Part shown: positions 14,054 through 28,790 of the stretch, one piece after another
Numbering within the stretch: the first letter of the stretch is position 1
How the letters are laid out: the number at the start of each line of letters is the position of its first letter
Assembly: GCA_964016885.1 (NCBI GenBank)
Contig: OZ024740.1
Span: forward strand, 188,790,001-188,854,000
Origin: Eledone cirrhosa
Taxonomy: Eukaryota
DNA: 64,000 nt
Direction: 5' to 3'
Translations under genes and position numbers: made by a program
The notes under the pieces: model-generated
Told to the model about the DNA's origin: nothing
What the model saw: the letters and a program-made list of their open reading frames with translations, nothing else
Database searches by the model: none

Positions 14054-15724
14054 AATGTTTTAAAAATAAGTCAGTTGTTTTGAAACCTAATTTAGAGTGG
14101 TGACACCACAACTTGAAATTACTACCATTGTGTCACCATTTAATTTAGAATGTTTTGCTATACTTTAAATTGTCATTCTTTTTGTTTTTAACCTTGTAAA
14201 AGGATTTATTCTTTATGAGCAAATAAATACTTAGAAACTGAAGTTGAATTTCAAATTAGAAGTGCTAGTCTATTGGTTAAATTCCTTTGTTGCTCTCTTT
14301 TAAATGAATATTTCAAAGCATGAACAGCTCAACTTTCTGATTTGCATATATATGGAAAATAAAATAATAAAAAAAGAATTCAGTTCTGAATCTTTGCATT
14401 TATCATTCTAAAGTCATAAAGAAAGATGTCTGTGTTCTTTACGAAATAAGGAATTATAATGAGGATGGGACATATGCATAAGTTAATGCATCAACAGCTC
14501 TACCAAAATATGTATGAAAGGAAGACAAAATATGTTTTTTTATAAACAAAATCCCATTCTTTTAATATCTTTTAGTTGTTTCTTTTGATAAAAGATCTCT
14601 GTTTACTGTTGTATTTTTCCCTAAATCAATGTTTTGCTTTATACGTTCAATCACTTATTTATCAAATATCTAAGCACGTAAATGCATTTTAACATTCTCA
14701 ATACATTAAAATAAGTAGTTTAAAGGAGTTTCTGCAATAACATCCTATGGTTTAAATTAGATTGTATTTGTTTCATTAATATAACATGAAATTATGATGA
14801 AAAGGGATGCTAAGTCATCATATTCACATCTGGAATAACATTAAAAAACATGTTATTTACTATATTGAATATTGCATTTTTTTTTTTTTTTTTTGGTGAG
14901 ACACCATAAAACATTATGGTAAGAAATGTTATATAATACAGATGATCTACTCAATTATAATTTCAATGATCAAATTAAAAGACTATAAATCAATGTATGG
15001 ATGTGCTGCTGATGTTGTTGTTTAGCATGAGGTCAACCCTGATCATGCATACTTATGATCAGTCATGGCCATCCCATCCTTTTATTGGAGATTTCTAAGG
15101 CTATATCCTCTATGTGTCCTTCCTTTTTTTAAGAATGTCAATGGGTAATTTGAAGCAGATTTTGTTGCTATTTCTTATACATCCAACAGTCATGTAATAA
15201 CTCATTCATTACCTAATCATTTGTATGCTTGATGTGTGTGTGTGTGTGTGTGGAATCCTGTACTTATTGGAGAGAATAAATACAAGTGTGGAGAGAGAAA
15301 CAAAGGAAAGATAGAGAAAGATCTTGTACAGGGAGAAAGAAGGGTGTGTGGATAGGAAATACGTTGAAATAATGATACAAAAATAAGTGCCTACATATTC
15401 CTCTTTCAAGAAATCAATTTTGGGTCAGTCACATTAAATCCAGTTTCATTAACTGAAGTAGACATTTCCTTGTGGCTACTAATTATTGGAACATCAACAT
15501 ATAATAACATAATAAGTAGTGCACTTCTATCAGTTGTTAATTGTGTTGATTAGTGTCATGTAAATCTATCTACTTATAATTAATCTGTTACAAGAAATGT
15601 GTCTTTACGTTCAATGTTTGTAGCTATATTGATGAATATTTCAATAAGGATTTTTTGCTTTGATGAATTAGATGTTATATCATTTTGATATATTTCAATT
15701 GATTTTTATAACCAAATATATTTG

Positions 15725-17060
15725 CAATCTGAGACAGCCAAGACGATCCACAATACTGGCAAGTTCCAACTCGACCTACAGGATGAAGTGGGAAATGCTT
15801 GCAGATAAGGAAGTCAGTACCAGGTATGCAGATGCTATCATCATCATCATCAACGTTTAACGTCCGTGTTCCACGCTTGAATGGGTTTGGACGGGGGTTT
15901 TCCCACTTGAGGCAAGAGTGATTGTCTTGCTCGCATAGGACGGTCTGGCAGGTTTTCTACAGCTGGATGCCCTTCCTAACACCAACCACATTTACAGTGT
16001 GGGGCTGGGAGGTTTTTACCGTGTTGCCTACACGGCCACATTACAGATTGGACTGTGTTTTTTTTTTGTCGTGACACCTACACGATCTCATTTGTTTCGG
16101 CCTGGATGTTGTGGCACCAACATAACTTTACATTGAAAGGGGCAGTGTGGATGGGGTGGGGGTGGTGGGACGGGGGTGTATTTTGTTAGAGATGCCTACA
16201 CTGACTGTAGTAGGTTTTACTTTGTATTTAGGTAAGGCGGGTCTTCTCTATTACTGAGTACCGCCAAAGGTCTCGGTCCAGTGACATTGTCTTGGTGAGG
16301 TGTAAGTGTGTGAGGTTGGAATTTATCAGCTCGTCCCAGGTTTTTCTGAGTCTGCCTACTCTGTAGCTACCGTCTATCTTTATTGCCCTGCACTTTGTTA
16401 TACAGCTGTCGTCTTTCATGCGCATCACGTGACTATACCAACGTAGCCTTCTCTCGAGTAAACAACATCTGATCCCTCTTATTTCTAATTTTTTCCTTAG
16501 TTCGCTTATGCTTTGCCGTTCACGTATGTTACTATTACACATCCAGCGGAGCATGCAAGCTTCGTTCCTCTCTAGTCTGCATATATCCTCTGCCCAATTC
16601 AGAGAAATCCCTCATCAAACTGGGGACATTGAAACAGAGTGGAGACTGTTCATTTCAGCAATTTCCTCTTCAGCTGTTAAATGCTGTTGGCAAAAGAAGC
16701 TTGGTGTGGCACCAGGTGGGACGAGGAGCCTTGGTTTGATAAAGTGATCAAAGATGTCATCTGCGCAAAGAAGGAGGCTTACAAAACTGGCTTAAAAATA
16801 AATCTTTTTTTGTTGCATATGTGGTGCAAGCAGACACAAAAGTTTGCAGCAGAGACAGTAAAGGGGAGTTAAAATGGGAGGGCTTTGGAATTAAGGTGGA
16901 ATCTGATTTCAGATCAACAAATAATGTGTTCTGCCAGACCATTTGCCGACTTCGTAATAAGAAGTCCTCCTCCATGCCTAATATCAGTTGTTTCTGACAG
17001 GACCTGCTGGAAGACATAGTTGAGGACTCAGCTCCACAATCCCACCAGTAATAAGTGGGC
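15725..17060 (+). mobile_element. Old RTE-type LINE fragment (APE-RT linker), interrupted by a younger RTE insertion
   Basis: ...WEMLADKEVSTRYADAI | QFREIPHQTGDIETEWRLF...WFDKVIKDVICAKKEAYK...KWEGFG, with frameshifts. Confidence 0.65.
15838..16593 (-). mobile_element. 5'-truncated RTE-clade LINE: RT C-terminus, 3' UTR and (GAT)n tail
   Basis: MLRWMC...RLRWYSHVMRM...GRLRKTWDE...DRDLWR; highly similar to 36075-36842. Confidence 0.9.
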
Positions 17061-20000
17061 AAAAAAGATGATGAATTTTTATAATAACTCTTTATATTAT
17101 ATATATTGTATATATTTCTGACATGTAGGTGTCAATGATGGAACATTATTATCATGCAATATGGAATCTGCTGATATTTGATGGAAACAAAAGCCTAATC
17201 TATCTGCAATTGTAGATAGAGGGAGAAAAACAGCGCATATCAAATCTGCATCATCAATATTTAGAATTAATAGAATGTTATTAAATTTTATTCATAGAAA
17301 TCACGGATTATCTGACTGCATAGATTTTATTTCTAAATTATTTATGATATCAAATTATATACTGATACTTTGCCAAATATGTCATGTAGATGTATTTTAT
17401 TGATATGAGGCAACCAAAAGATAGATTTGCTCTGAGAGAATTTGAACTCTGATAATTGTACTTTTCTAATGTAACAACCTTAAAATGAAATATATATTTT
17501 AGTGATAATAACTCTAGGACAGGTCTAACGAGATAGCTGGTACAGAGTGAAGAAGTATCATATATTAAACCCACAATATGTGGTTGTATATTAGCTTATA
17601 AAGTGCATGCCTTTTACAATCAGTTTTCTTATCAAATATACCAGTTTTTCTCTTAAATGTACCAAGACTGATGCACAAACGTGCAAACAGCCACACATTC
17701 ATATGTATATATTCACTGACACCTGAACAAACTCAAATTACACACACAAGTATGTACAGTCGACATTTATTTATGCCATATAACTCAATCATAAAAACAA
17801 ATAATCAAATTTTGTCTATGTGTGTATATGTTTATTAATTTGTATGTTATATATAAATATATATTAGTATATATATATAACACATTTTTTAGCAATGTGT
17901 TTCTCTTTCTCTATAGATCTACATAATTTCTTTATGGAGAAATAAGGATATGATAGAAAATTAGACTCATTTATATTAATATATAAGTTAATATAGCATA
18001 CACATTAACAAATGCACACACACTTGGAATATTTTTCTTAGTGAGCGATATGACAGAAAGTGGATTGTGCTAGTGTATGTTGTATTTTGTTTGTATGTGA
18101 ATATGTGGGTGGGTGTGTGTGTGTATAAGATCTTTGCAATTCAAAACTGATTTACTCATGGAGAGAAACAATATTGTGTGCCTTTTTCTGAAATATGACA
18201 TTGTGTCTGCTTTTCACCTGATACTAAATTTATTAGAATTGATTATTAATGCAGAAAGCCATAAATCTTTGTTACTAAAAGGCAATCATTTTAAAATTTA
18301 TTTTCTCTGTCGTTTATCAGTTGACTGATGCTTATTTTATTGCATAATTTTTTTCTTTTACATGAGCAATATTCCATATATTTTGTGAAACGATAATGAT
18401 TAAAAACCTTCTCCACTATTTTTTTTTTTTGCACTATGCTATATCAATAAATTAAGTTTTAATTCGATAATAACTAATCTCGTTTTAAATCTTGCCAAAT
18501 AAATACATGAATAGAATAGAATAAAATATTTTAAATAATTAGCTTAGGTGTGAATAAAATTGTAGGATAAAATTCCAAATTGTTCTGAAATATTGCAGCT
18601 ACTGCTGTAAACTACACGAAACATATTGCATGTTTCATCAAGCTAAAGTATTTGTAACTCAGTATGCCACTTTCAGTTGCCACCAGAAATTCTGTTTCAA
18701 CACGTTAATTGGTTAAATATATGATGTATTTCACTTTCCAATAGCAGTAGAAGTGTTCTCAACCTTTAAACGTGTCATGTGGTTCATTTCTTTAAATAAT
18801 GTTATGCAGAAAACAGTATTAGGTGTCCATTTTCATCTTCATACAGCCTTCATTCATTCCTATTAGCACTATAACAATGAAATCAACAGCATATTGACAC
18901 AGTTGGTGAGTGTTAAATTTTGGAACTATGTTTGTTTAAACATTTATGCTTTACAAATGAGGATCAGTTAAAGAGGAATCCCACCTTATTAAATCAATAC
19001 TATTAAACAGTCCAGAACAAAGTGTTGACAGATTATGCATCAGTCATTTCACACACATGCAAAACTTTGTTTGTATTTCCATTTTATTTTAGGATAATCA
19101 TATCTGGCACACGATATTCGTTTTAGTATTTTTCATTATATTTAAATGATTAACTTAATTGGTTGCTTGGTTTAACACAACCACCTGGTCTTTGAGTGCT
19201 TACAACAAATTATACTTTTCTCCTTACCACATAGGGAGACTTTGCAAATAATCATGTGTGCTTCCCTGACACCACCCTCTCCCTGACTAAATGAATATGG
19301 AATAGAATCTAAAGGATTTGCTTTTGTAGGTGACACTTTTAATATCATCTCTAAATTCAAATCAGTCTGATGCTAATATAAAAATAAAACTTATATGATA
19401 AATTGTAAGGTTTAGGTATGTTTGCAGTTTCAGCAACATTACCGATGTTATTTTCCTTGCCACAATTATTTTTATCATTAGCATTGAGTTGAGAATATTT
19501 TGAAAGATGTCATGATATTAGGATAAATATTTCAATTCACAGATAAATATAGCTTTTAATGATACTTTTACAGCACTCAATTATGAATTAAAACACTTTT
19601 AAAATGGTCCACTGTAAATGAGTGTATTTAACTGATCCTTTCCTTACTTCTGCTACGCTATTCCACTGTAAGGATGTCTTCCATTCTACTTCCATTGTTG
19701 TTTCTTTCCTCTTATTTGGAAAGTGCCTTGATCTTAGATTGTGCGTTGAAACGGAAGAAATTACAACACGAAAAAGCCATTTTAGACATTAAAAAACTGT
19801 TAACTTTTCATCTATTTCATGGTGCAAGGAATATCTTGAGAGCATGAAATAAAGTGAAAGGGAATATAGCACTTTTTGTGTGTCTTTCAAATTGGCTAAA
19901 ATGGTTTTTCCACATTGGCTCAAATTGCTACACTTTATCTATTTACATCATTACAAGTGGAAATAACTTAGTCAGCATAAAGAGCAAAGACACTTAAGGA

Positions 20001-20734
20001 GTTTTGAATTATAGCTATTAAGATCTTCATTTTGTTATTTATTTAAGTATCTTAAATATTTGTGTTCCCTCAGCTGATGTTTGATACACGATAGGATGAA
20101 CCCTCTGCAACTATTCTAGCTTTAAGCCTGTCTGTTTACACTAGACAAATGTAGATTGAACAGAGTGCAGAATCTTAATTCAGAATATAAAAATCCAGAA
20201 TTGACACTTTATAGTGACTAATTTGATGTGCTAACAGATCTACCAGTTCACTTCCTCTCGACTGGTACATTATCAAACCTAAAATGAAAGACAATGTTGA
20301 CATTGGTGTAAGGTGAACATAGAGCATAGAATGCTATTAAAAAATATGGTAGAGCATATGATCTGATACTGTAATGACTGGCAATTTGACACCTTGTGTG
20401 TATATGTGTGTGTCAGTGTCAGACCCGCTGATCCAACTTATATATGGCCAACTTATATTTATAAATGTTTTAGATGAGTTAATGAGTTATTTCATACATA
20501 TGGATTAAAGGGTCCAGCCGTCTTCTGTATAATACAATTTATTTGTTATATCAAATGAATATACTCATACATATATGGTGAAATAGAACACTTAAAGAGA
20601 ATCTGACAATAGCACATTTGAAGGGAAATACTCCTAGTAAGAATTTAATTGTCTAATAAATCTTATAATCCTTGTAACAACTCTTTCTTTAAATATAAAT
20701 AGTTACTGCCAAGTAAGGTATTCAGTCCTAAACC

Positions 20735-21355
20735 ATGTGAACATTTGTCTATGGCTGTGTTTATAGTATTATATATAGAAATGTGAGAATAACCCTATAA
20801 CCACAACTGTCATCATTACATAGAATTGGAATTCTTGATACAGAAAGCAATATCTAGAGAACATTAATCCTAGAATCTTTCTTAATACAATCATCGTATA
20901 TAAATATGAAGAACTTTATGGCAATTTACACAGTTTAATGATTAATTTGGTATAATGATTGTGAAAGACGGTCATAAAAGACAACAGTGTTCATATCATT
21001 AATAATAAAACAGAAACAATAAAACATCAACAGATAAAGATGAAATATTTTAATGACTAGAATAGTGAGATTTTGATACAATTCCAGTAGCATGTATATA
21101 GGAATATTTGTCTATGAGCATGTTTATAGTGTTAGATATACCACATTGAGAATGGAACCTTAAGCACAACTATCAGTATTAAATAAACCTGGAATTCCTG
21201 AGATATAGGCTGTACTATCCAAAGAACTGTAATAAGAGAATGTATCTTAATAAAATCATTGGAAACAAACATGAAGAACTTTATTGAAATTTACACACTT
21301 TAATGATTACTTTGGTATAGGTGATAATAAAAGACAGCAGTGTTCATATCATTAT
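20735..21355. repeat. Diverged tandem duplication, about 360-bp period
   Basis: ATTTGTCTATG...GAAGAACTTTAT...TTTACACA.TTTAATGATTA.TTTGGTATA...CAGTGTTCATATCATT present twice. Confidence 0.75.
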
Positions 21356-21649
21356 TGGTGATAATAATAGTGAATAAAGACAGATTTCATTACGCAGGAA
21401 ATTATAATGACATGATATCATTAACTGTGATTAGTGTTAACCTGGAACTAAGTTGATGATTACATAGTCATGAAAATACTATGCTTATGATTGTTCTGTG
21501 TTTATTAATGATGAGTATGAGGATTAAGAATTATACAGCATGAAGGTCACAGACAGACTAAAAGAAAAGAAACAGAAATTAATATTGTTTGAATATTTTT
21601 CTAAATCATAAATGCACAAAGACTATCTTATTAAGATCCGAGACTGCAT

Positions 21650-21995
21650 GAATTACTATGAGATGTTTTTAGCATAGGTAATAGTTCGATGAAATTTCTT
21701 CACTCCATTCTTTTCCTGGCTACTATGCTTTAGGTACATGAATCTCCAATAGTGACAAGATCATCCAGGTAGCAAACACTGTCAACTTCTTTTAGTGATT
21801 CATGCCATAACAAGTTTTTTCCAGTGCATCTCCCTCATCATCCTCCAGGGAAACGCCTTCTCTATTCTGTTCACCAGGGCCATGGAGTGGCCAGTGCATG
21901 GGCCCCCTTTTGCTCATAATTATTAGAGATGGGGAAAACGAGAGAGACGGAGGCACTGACAGTGGGAGTTTGGTTCCTTTGTACTCCAACCTGGT
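21650..21995 (-). mobile_element. Degenerate RTE-clade RT fragment
   Basis: ESLKEVDSVCYLDDLV...SIVARKRME*KKF resembles the RTE LEEVDSFCYLGD...ARxRxAWxKF motif. Confidence 0.65.
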
Positions 21996-23324
21996 GTATA
22001 TGCATATGTTTCATGGACACACACTCACTCTGTTGTAGTGAACCATTATTAGCAGGTTTTTGCTTTACATGTATAAGCCATTAATGTATAAAGCTAATTT
22101 TCTTTCTAAAATTAATTGAAACCAATAAGTGCTACATATTACATAATGTTTTGAATATCTAGGAAGATCAACTTAATGATATGACAGTATTTTGCAATAT
22201 TTCAATCACCAGTTTGCATCAAATGTTCCTCATGTTTTAGAAAAGTCATTTTTACATCGTTTTTAAAAACAGAACAAACATCAGGTTATAAATGAAGGAA
22301 TTAATAAGAATTTTTATTTTTAAGAAAACAAATTGAAGTATAATTAATTTGGAATGTTTAATTGAAAGTGAAAAACAAAAATTAAATAGAAAAATGTTTT
22401 TATTCCATATTATAACCAATTTAATGAATGTCCATTGAAATATTGCAATTTCAGACAGAGCCTTGTGTGTTGTGCTGTGACACTAATTGAGAAGTTTGAG
22501 GATAAAAACAGTTTAATTTTACTCACAGGTCTCAAAGATTGAGAGGCCTCATCCTTCTTTTAGTTTAAATGCCAATGACAGCACAAAAAGAATATTCAAC
22601 TAAATTTTTGGTACTAGTGGTAGCAGTACTTGTTCAGTTTCTGTAATCGCTAATTTCTCATGTTTGGAATTGATGTAGGTATTAAGTCAAATCAGCTATT
22701 GCTTTGAAGCATACATTGGTTTCACAACGCTATCATATTACAAGTCAGTTAGTTTGTCAACCTATTCAAACTCCATACTGAGATACTTTACATTTTTCTA
22801 GTTAAAATGAAATAGCTAGGTGATACATTAAACCTATCTCTGATTTGACCCTGCAGTTTGGAAAGATGTTCCAAGATAATTTGAAGACATCATTTGCATG
22901 CTCCAAATTAGAGAAATCCATGAAATGACACAGAGCATTCCTCAAATATTAGACCTACAAATGATTTCTTCATAAACCTGCAAATTCATATTTTGTTATC
23001 TATGAAGATTTGCTGCTTGAGGAATTAGCAAAACTCTGAACCAATATGTGCACTCGTAGAGCTTTTAGTACCTCCCAAAATGTTTATTTGAAATCTCATT
23101 TCATACTTAGAGTTTATTTTTGTCTATTTCATTTGAAGACCTTCACTTATAAATATATTGTCTCAACTATTTTATAATGGCCATATGCTGCAATTCGAGT
23201 TTTGTCTTTACTATGAAATTGAGCATTTCATAAATCTATACCATGTCTTTTATCTGCTTTCATTGATCTGTGTCAATGCTGAGGCATTTTAATTTTTATA
23301 AACCGAAGTGTGTTTTGTGTTAAT

Positions 23325-23548
23325 AATGGTTTCTGATTCCGGCACAACAAAGTCAACAATTTTGGGTGAGGGTAAAATCGATTCAATTGACCACAGTGCA
23401 TTACTGGTAGTTTATTTTATTGACCCCTTGAGGATGAAAGGCAAAGCTGACCTCAAAAGGACTTGAACTCAGAATGTTAAGGGATATAACTATATGCCAC
23501 AAAGCTTGTTTTCCAATGCTCTACCAATACTGTCAATCCACCACCTTT
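23325..23548 (-). mobile_element. SINE family A, near full length
   Basis: Same conserved blocks, ending in AATCCACCACC (reverse complement of the 5' head). Confidence 0.85.
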
Positions 23549-26444
23549 GTTTTGTGTTAATAATAATCATATACTCTAGTCACACAGGTTGCTGAGACAT
23601 CAGTGAGACTAAATGCATTAAAATATTTAGTATTATACTTTAATATCAGTCTACTCAGCATTTTATCTTATTAGTGTTGATAAATTTGGATAAAAGTAAT
23701 ATGTTGGACCAGTTATCCTTCTTTGTCGGGTTGTTACATGAGCTTCATGTTACTGATATTCATTAGTCATGGAATACTTTTTACAAAATCCCTCTGTACT
23801 TCCTACACTATAACAGTTTCATTTCCTTGTTGAAATCTACTTTCATTCTATGTTTTGGAAAAATCTATGCACATTGTAAATTTCCATTTCCTAAGAAATC
23901 AGCATTTACATGTCCAATTTCGTTTAAACAAGAGTCTGTTGTAATAAAGTAACATATTTTCTTGATTTAATAAATCAGACAAAACATAAGTCTCATACTG
24001 TGATGTAGACCTTATTAAATTCTTGTTTATTGATACTTAATCTTTTATGAGAAAAACAAATGACTGTAGGGCTACAAATATAGATTCTGGTTAAAAAGGT
24101 TATATTTCAAAACGCTATCACAGATATTTTGCCATTTCTTTTTCAATGATTACTACTTTGCTTATCCCATTTACATCTAAATCACGTGCTGCAAAATGTT
24201 ATATGCAGAAATTCAAATTTGTTGAACCATCCCATATACATTACTTTGAGCATATTATTGTGAAACCAGTGAAAGAAACTAATAATAAATTTGTCTTGCT
24301 AGAAATATTTATGAAATATTTCACCAAACTAAATGATTACAACAGTATTGCTACTGTTCTAAATCATCTGATCTTTTGTAATTCTTTTCTTGCCATCAAT
24401 TGGAAAGTTGTATCTCAAGTCAATATAATACTGTATAGCAAACCAATGAATACCTTAATGATTACAATAATAGTAGAATACATAAAAATTCATAGAACCT
24501 CTTATTTGTATTTGATCTTTCTTGACAAAAGAATATTTACTGCAATTAGCTTTCAGTCAGATGACATGGAAATATAAATGGCTACATTGTAGTATAAAAC
24601 ATTCTGAAAATTTTAGACCTTTGTAGCATTAAATTAATAGCATTTTATTTGATATACAAAATGGTAAATATCTTTCATTTGTTAGAAGAATTTATTGACT
24701 TCCAAGATAATAGTGTTCTTCTTTTGTGGTTATTCTCTTTAGACTTTATAAATATATTTCAGTACAAAATTTTGTTTTAATTTAATTTTAAAAGTTAGAG
24801 CTTAGAAAGTAGACACAATAATTAGAGTGAAAGTAACTTCAAAAAGTTATATTAAATTATATTTCATATTTACATTGCTTGCTTCTGAATCTTTCTTTTT
24901 TTTTATGTGGTGATGGGGTGAAAATATGAAGTTGTGATAATCATTTCATTTCCAAGAATATTTGCAACACATAAAAAGAAGTTAAAATGTTCTATGAAAC
25001 TATCAAAAGAGTTTAAAGATTTGGATAACTGAGATCTTATCTCTCATCTGATATATGTGATAAGCCATTATATGTTAATAACATCTCACTCTTATATTAT
25101 CTACTGTGAAGAGAAAAATTAAAAGTACAGTGGACCTAGAAGGATTTCAAATCAGTATATAAAATGACAGATCTTAGAAATTTAAATTTTTATGACTGAC
25201 AATGTACCATTTCTTCCAACTAACTTTTCTAAAGAAGTATTTAAAAGAAATCAATATTTACAAAAGAATTCAATATTACTACAATCTTTAAATTTGGTTT
25301 AATTACTATAAATATTGAGAAAATAACGCCATTGATTTTCACCTATAAATTCTTTGATATATTTTCTTCTGATTTACTCAGACACCTTCTTAAAATGTGC
25401 CATCTTTATATAATTGTTAATGCAGTAAAATATTGTTCTTTGTATTATTACTGAGGTATGTTATTCTGACAGCTTTCATTTCTATGAGTCCTTATTTAAA
25501 TTCCTTAGCAAAATAATCAATTTTAAATATTTTCTTATGAGAGATTTAAAATAAGAAAGCTAAGACTATATTTATTATACCTTTCATATGAATTTTATTG
25601 ATGAGCTACAATAAATGTCTGACCTGTTCATGTAATTTAAGTATACCTATGTATGTTGTAATGATGATTGTGAATATCTGTCTGTGGTTATTATATGTTT
25701 GGGTTTATGGGGTGTATGTATAATTGTGTTCCTAATATATATGTATAACTGTGTATGATTATGTTCATTCTGTTTGTGTTAGATCAAAGGTCCAGTGTTT
25801 TATTGATGAGGCAGGATGAACACAGCAAATCTTTATGCTGGTTGGACAGCTTGCGTATTTCATAAGCAAGTTGGAATGAAGATATCATTGCTTTTATGAT
25901 GACAATCAATATTCAAGTCATAAGTTAGTTGTACAGTTTGAATGTTTACATTGAACATCAGCAATAGCTTCATGCCACATATGAGCACAGTGGAAAGTCA
26001 TATCTTTGTGTCTATTTTTGATTTTACATTTTTCTATTTATATACATTTGAGTTTTCTGTCTGAATTTATTTTTTGTCTTTTCTTACAATTTACTGTTAC
26101 TAATAGTTAATGTTTTCTAATCTCTTCCTATTGACATTTACTTCAGAAAGATATTTCTAAATATCAGTCCTAGAGTCAAATTGTTTACAACAATGAGATA
26201 TATAATAACTGGCTTCTGGTTCTGCTAACTCTATACTACAGAATTCAGTATTCATTGTTATAATTACTAACTCCCCATTCAATATGATTGCTTATTGAGC
26301 TAGTTACTCACAAATAGCTGCTGTTCAGAATGAGATTTCTGAAGGAATTGAACTTTACTCTCTTCAATATCAGACATTTTTATGATACATTTTAATCTTT
26401 CTTTCTTACACATTGCCTATATTTTGACATAGATTATACATAGG

Positions 26445-26600
26445 AAAAGACATGGTTGTTTGGTAAAGAAGTCTGCTTTCCAGCCATATGGTTTTGGTTC
26501 TATCCCACTGTGTGACATCTTTAACAGCTGTTTTCTACTATTGTCTTGGTCTCACCAATGCCTTGTGAGGGTATATGGTTGATAAAACTTTAGGAAACCT
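26445..26600 (+). mobile_element. Degenerate tRNA-derived SINE
   Basis: A-box-like TGGTTGTTTGGTAAAG and B-box-like GGTTCTATCCC, followed by SINE body. Confidence 0.55.
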
Positions 26601-27529
26601 GTATTATATTCCTACACACACATACATACATATATCTATATGCACATCATCGTTTGTATGTGTTTCATTACATTTGATATTGTTAGCACATGCAGTTACA
26701 TTATTTTATGTCCTTCACAAGCAGAAGTTCCAAAGATAAAACTTTAGATGTGTGAAGATCTATAACCTACAGAACAATTGTAAGTTGGCACCAGAAAGGA
26801 CATGCAGGTCTAAAATACTGCCAGAAAAAATGCCCAACATTAGAAAATGGATGTAAGTCAAGAGAAACATAAAACATATGATTGTGTTGATGAGGGTGAT
26901 ATAACTTCAGCAAAATTGTAAAATTATGGTATAATCTGTTATTGTAGATATTAACTAAAGCTGGAGTTAAATATTCATGTATTGCTTGTTTTATTTGTTC
27001 AAAATCAGAACAGTAATAATGTAAAGCAATGATAAGTATAAATCTGTCAGATTGTATGCTGAATGGAAAAAAGTTGCATTCCAAAGCAAATCCTGTTTAG
27101 TGAATTAGCAATTGCCAAGAGAAGCAAGGGCTGCCCATGGAATCACTGGAAGGACTGCATTAACCTTTCAGCTTGGCATGACCTGACTGCAGAAGTACAT
27201 CTTGCCAAGTGAGTAGAAAGGTGATGCAGACTGTCATAATGAGAGTCCCCATCATCAATAATGACAAGGACGATAATAATCCTAAATACCATTGCTTCTA
27301 GCACTTCTATGCTTACAAATATAAAGACATAAATTGAACTTGATTTTATTGAAGTTGTATAAATGTCTTATTTAGTTATATTCTCATGTATAGAATAAAA
27401 TTAATATTTGATAGCAGCACACTCAGTCCAAACTTCATATATCAGAGTAAAGTAAGAATGTGCATTGATGTGAGGAAATATAGCCAGATATGTATGTTCT
27501 TCTGGTTTTATTATTTTATGAATTTTGGT

Positions 27530-28210
27530 TGAATCTTTTATTAATCATTTTGCTTTCACCCACTCTCTTCTTATATTGGAGGTTTTCGCTGAGAGATCTC
27601 AGGTATTGTTTGAGGGTGATCAACGTGTATTGAAGAGTTCTGCTCGTATTATCTCCAAACATCATCATTTGTTGGTGAGAAGTGTAATTTCTTTGGTTTT
27701 TGTTTACATGTGATAAGCATTGTTACATGGCTCATAGTTCCCTGTGGGTCATCGATCTTTTTTTTACTATATTTGAGATATATGATGGCTCTTTTGTGTT
27801 GTTTTGTTTCTGTTAACATCTCTATTATCACCAAGATAATGCTTCACCCTTATTGCTTGCCAAAATGTGCAGGCTTTAATTTATCATAAATATTCATCTT
27901 TACTTTCGTTGATAGCATGCAGCATTTCATTATTTGCTTTCTTGTTTATAACAATTAAATATGTCATTATTGGGTTTGTGGTTCCACAAAAATTATGATT
28001 TATAGTTTTTGTTTCTTCTGTAACTAAAACTAAAAATATTCTTTGTTTTTCTTCGATTCCGTGTTGTTTATGGTGTCGTGTCCAGCGATGTTGCTTGTAG
28101 CAAATTCTTGAAAAGTAAATTCAACATTTAGATGAATATCTGTATGATTTAGAATAAAAGGTGTTTTCACTGAATATCATTATAGGAATATCCAGTTATT
28201 TAACAAGGCT
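27530..28210 (-). mobile_element. Highly degenerate Penelope-like RT-thumb to endonuclease fragment
   Basis: LDIPIMIFSENTFYSK/(frameshift)HTDIHLNVEF resembles PLE FLDI...YxKPTDxHxYL; KKRVGESKMI resembles a GIY-YIG C-terminus. Confidence 0.45.
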
Positions 28211-28304
28211 TATAGTTGTGACATTACAGTTGGAGATAGTCTCCTATGCCATATATGTGAATGCTTGCATCGAAGGTTGTATGTATGTGTGTATATATAT
28301 GAAT

Positions 28305-28790
28305 GTATGGCTGAGGAGCGAGTGAAGTGGAGACGTTCGATCAAGTCAGGTAGTGAACACTTTGAAACTTGACGGAGAGAACACCTTACACTGAAAAGGA
28401 AGGTATGGAAAGGAGACTGTTCTGAACTTCCTGCTGTTGAACATCATCTGGTTTGTCAGCACTGCCTGAGTAAAGCTAGTTTGACTAGACACGAACAAAT
28501 TCGTATCAGTAGACCTCATGTAGATTATGATCTGAAAAGGTGTAAGGAATGTGGCAAGGAATGAGCTAGCGTGGGGGGTCTCAAAAGACACATGAGACAC
28601 ACAGCCAGAACAAAGCAATGGAAAGTCCTAGAGGAGCCACCAGTTGCCATGTATGTGCCAGAGGGTTCAATTCTTTGGCTGGTTTAAAGAGCCACATTCG
28701 TGCCTCACATCTTTTAGCATTTTATTGAGTGATGGTGTGCTTGAACATGAATTTGCAGCCATCATGTATGCGTGCGTATGTATGTATATA
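28305..28790 (+). mobile_element. RTE-clade LINE 3' end with three C-terminal C2H2 zinc-finger remnants
   Basis: EERVKWRRSIKSGSEHFE; CQHCLSKASLTRHEQI; CKECGKE*ASVGGLKRHMRH; CHVCARGFNSLAGLKSHIRASH. Confidence 0.75.

Noticed and set aside
24146-24577. 143-aa ORF
   Set aside because: Background AT composition, no domain motif or splice evidence; likely chance
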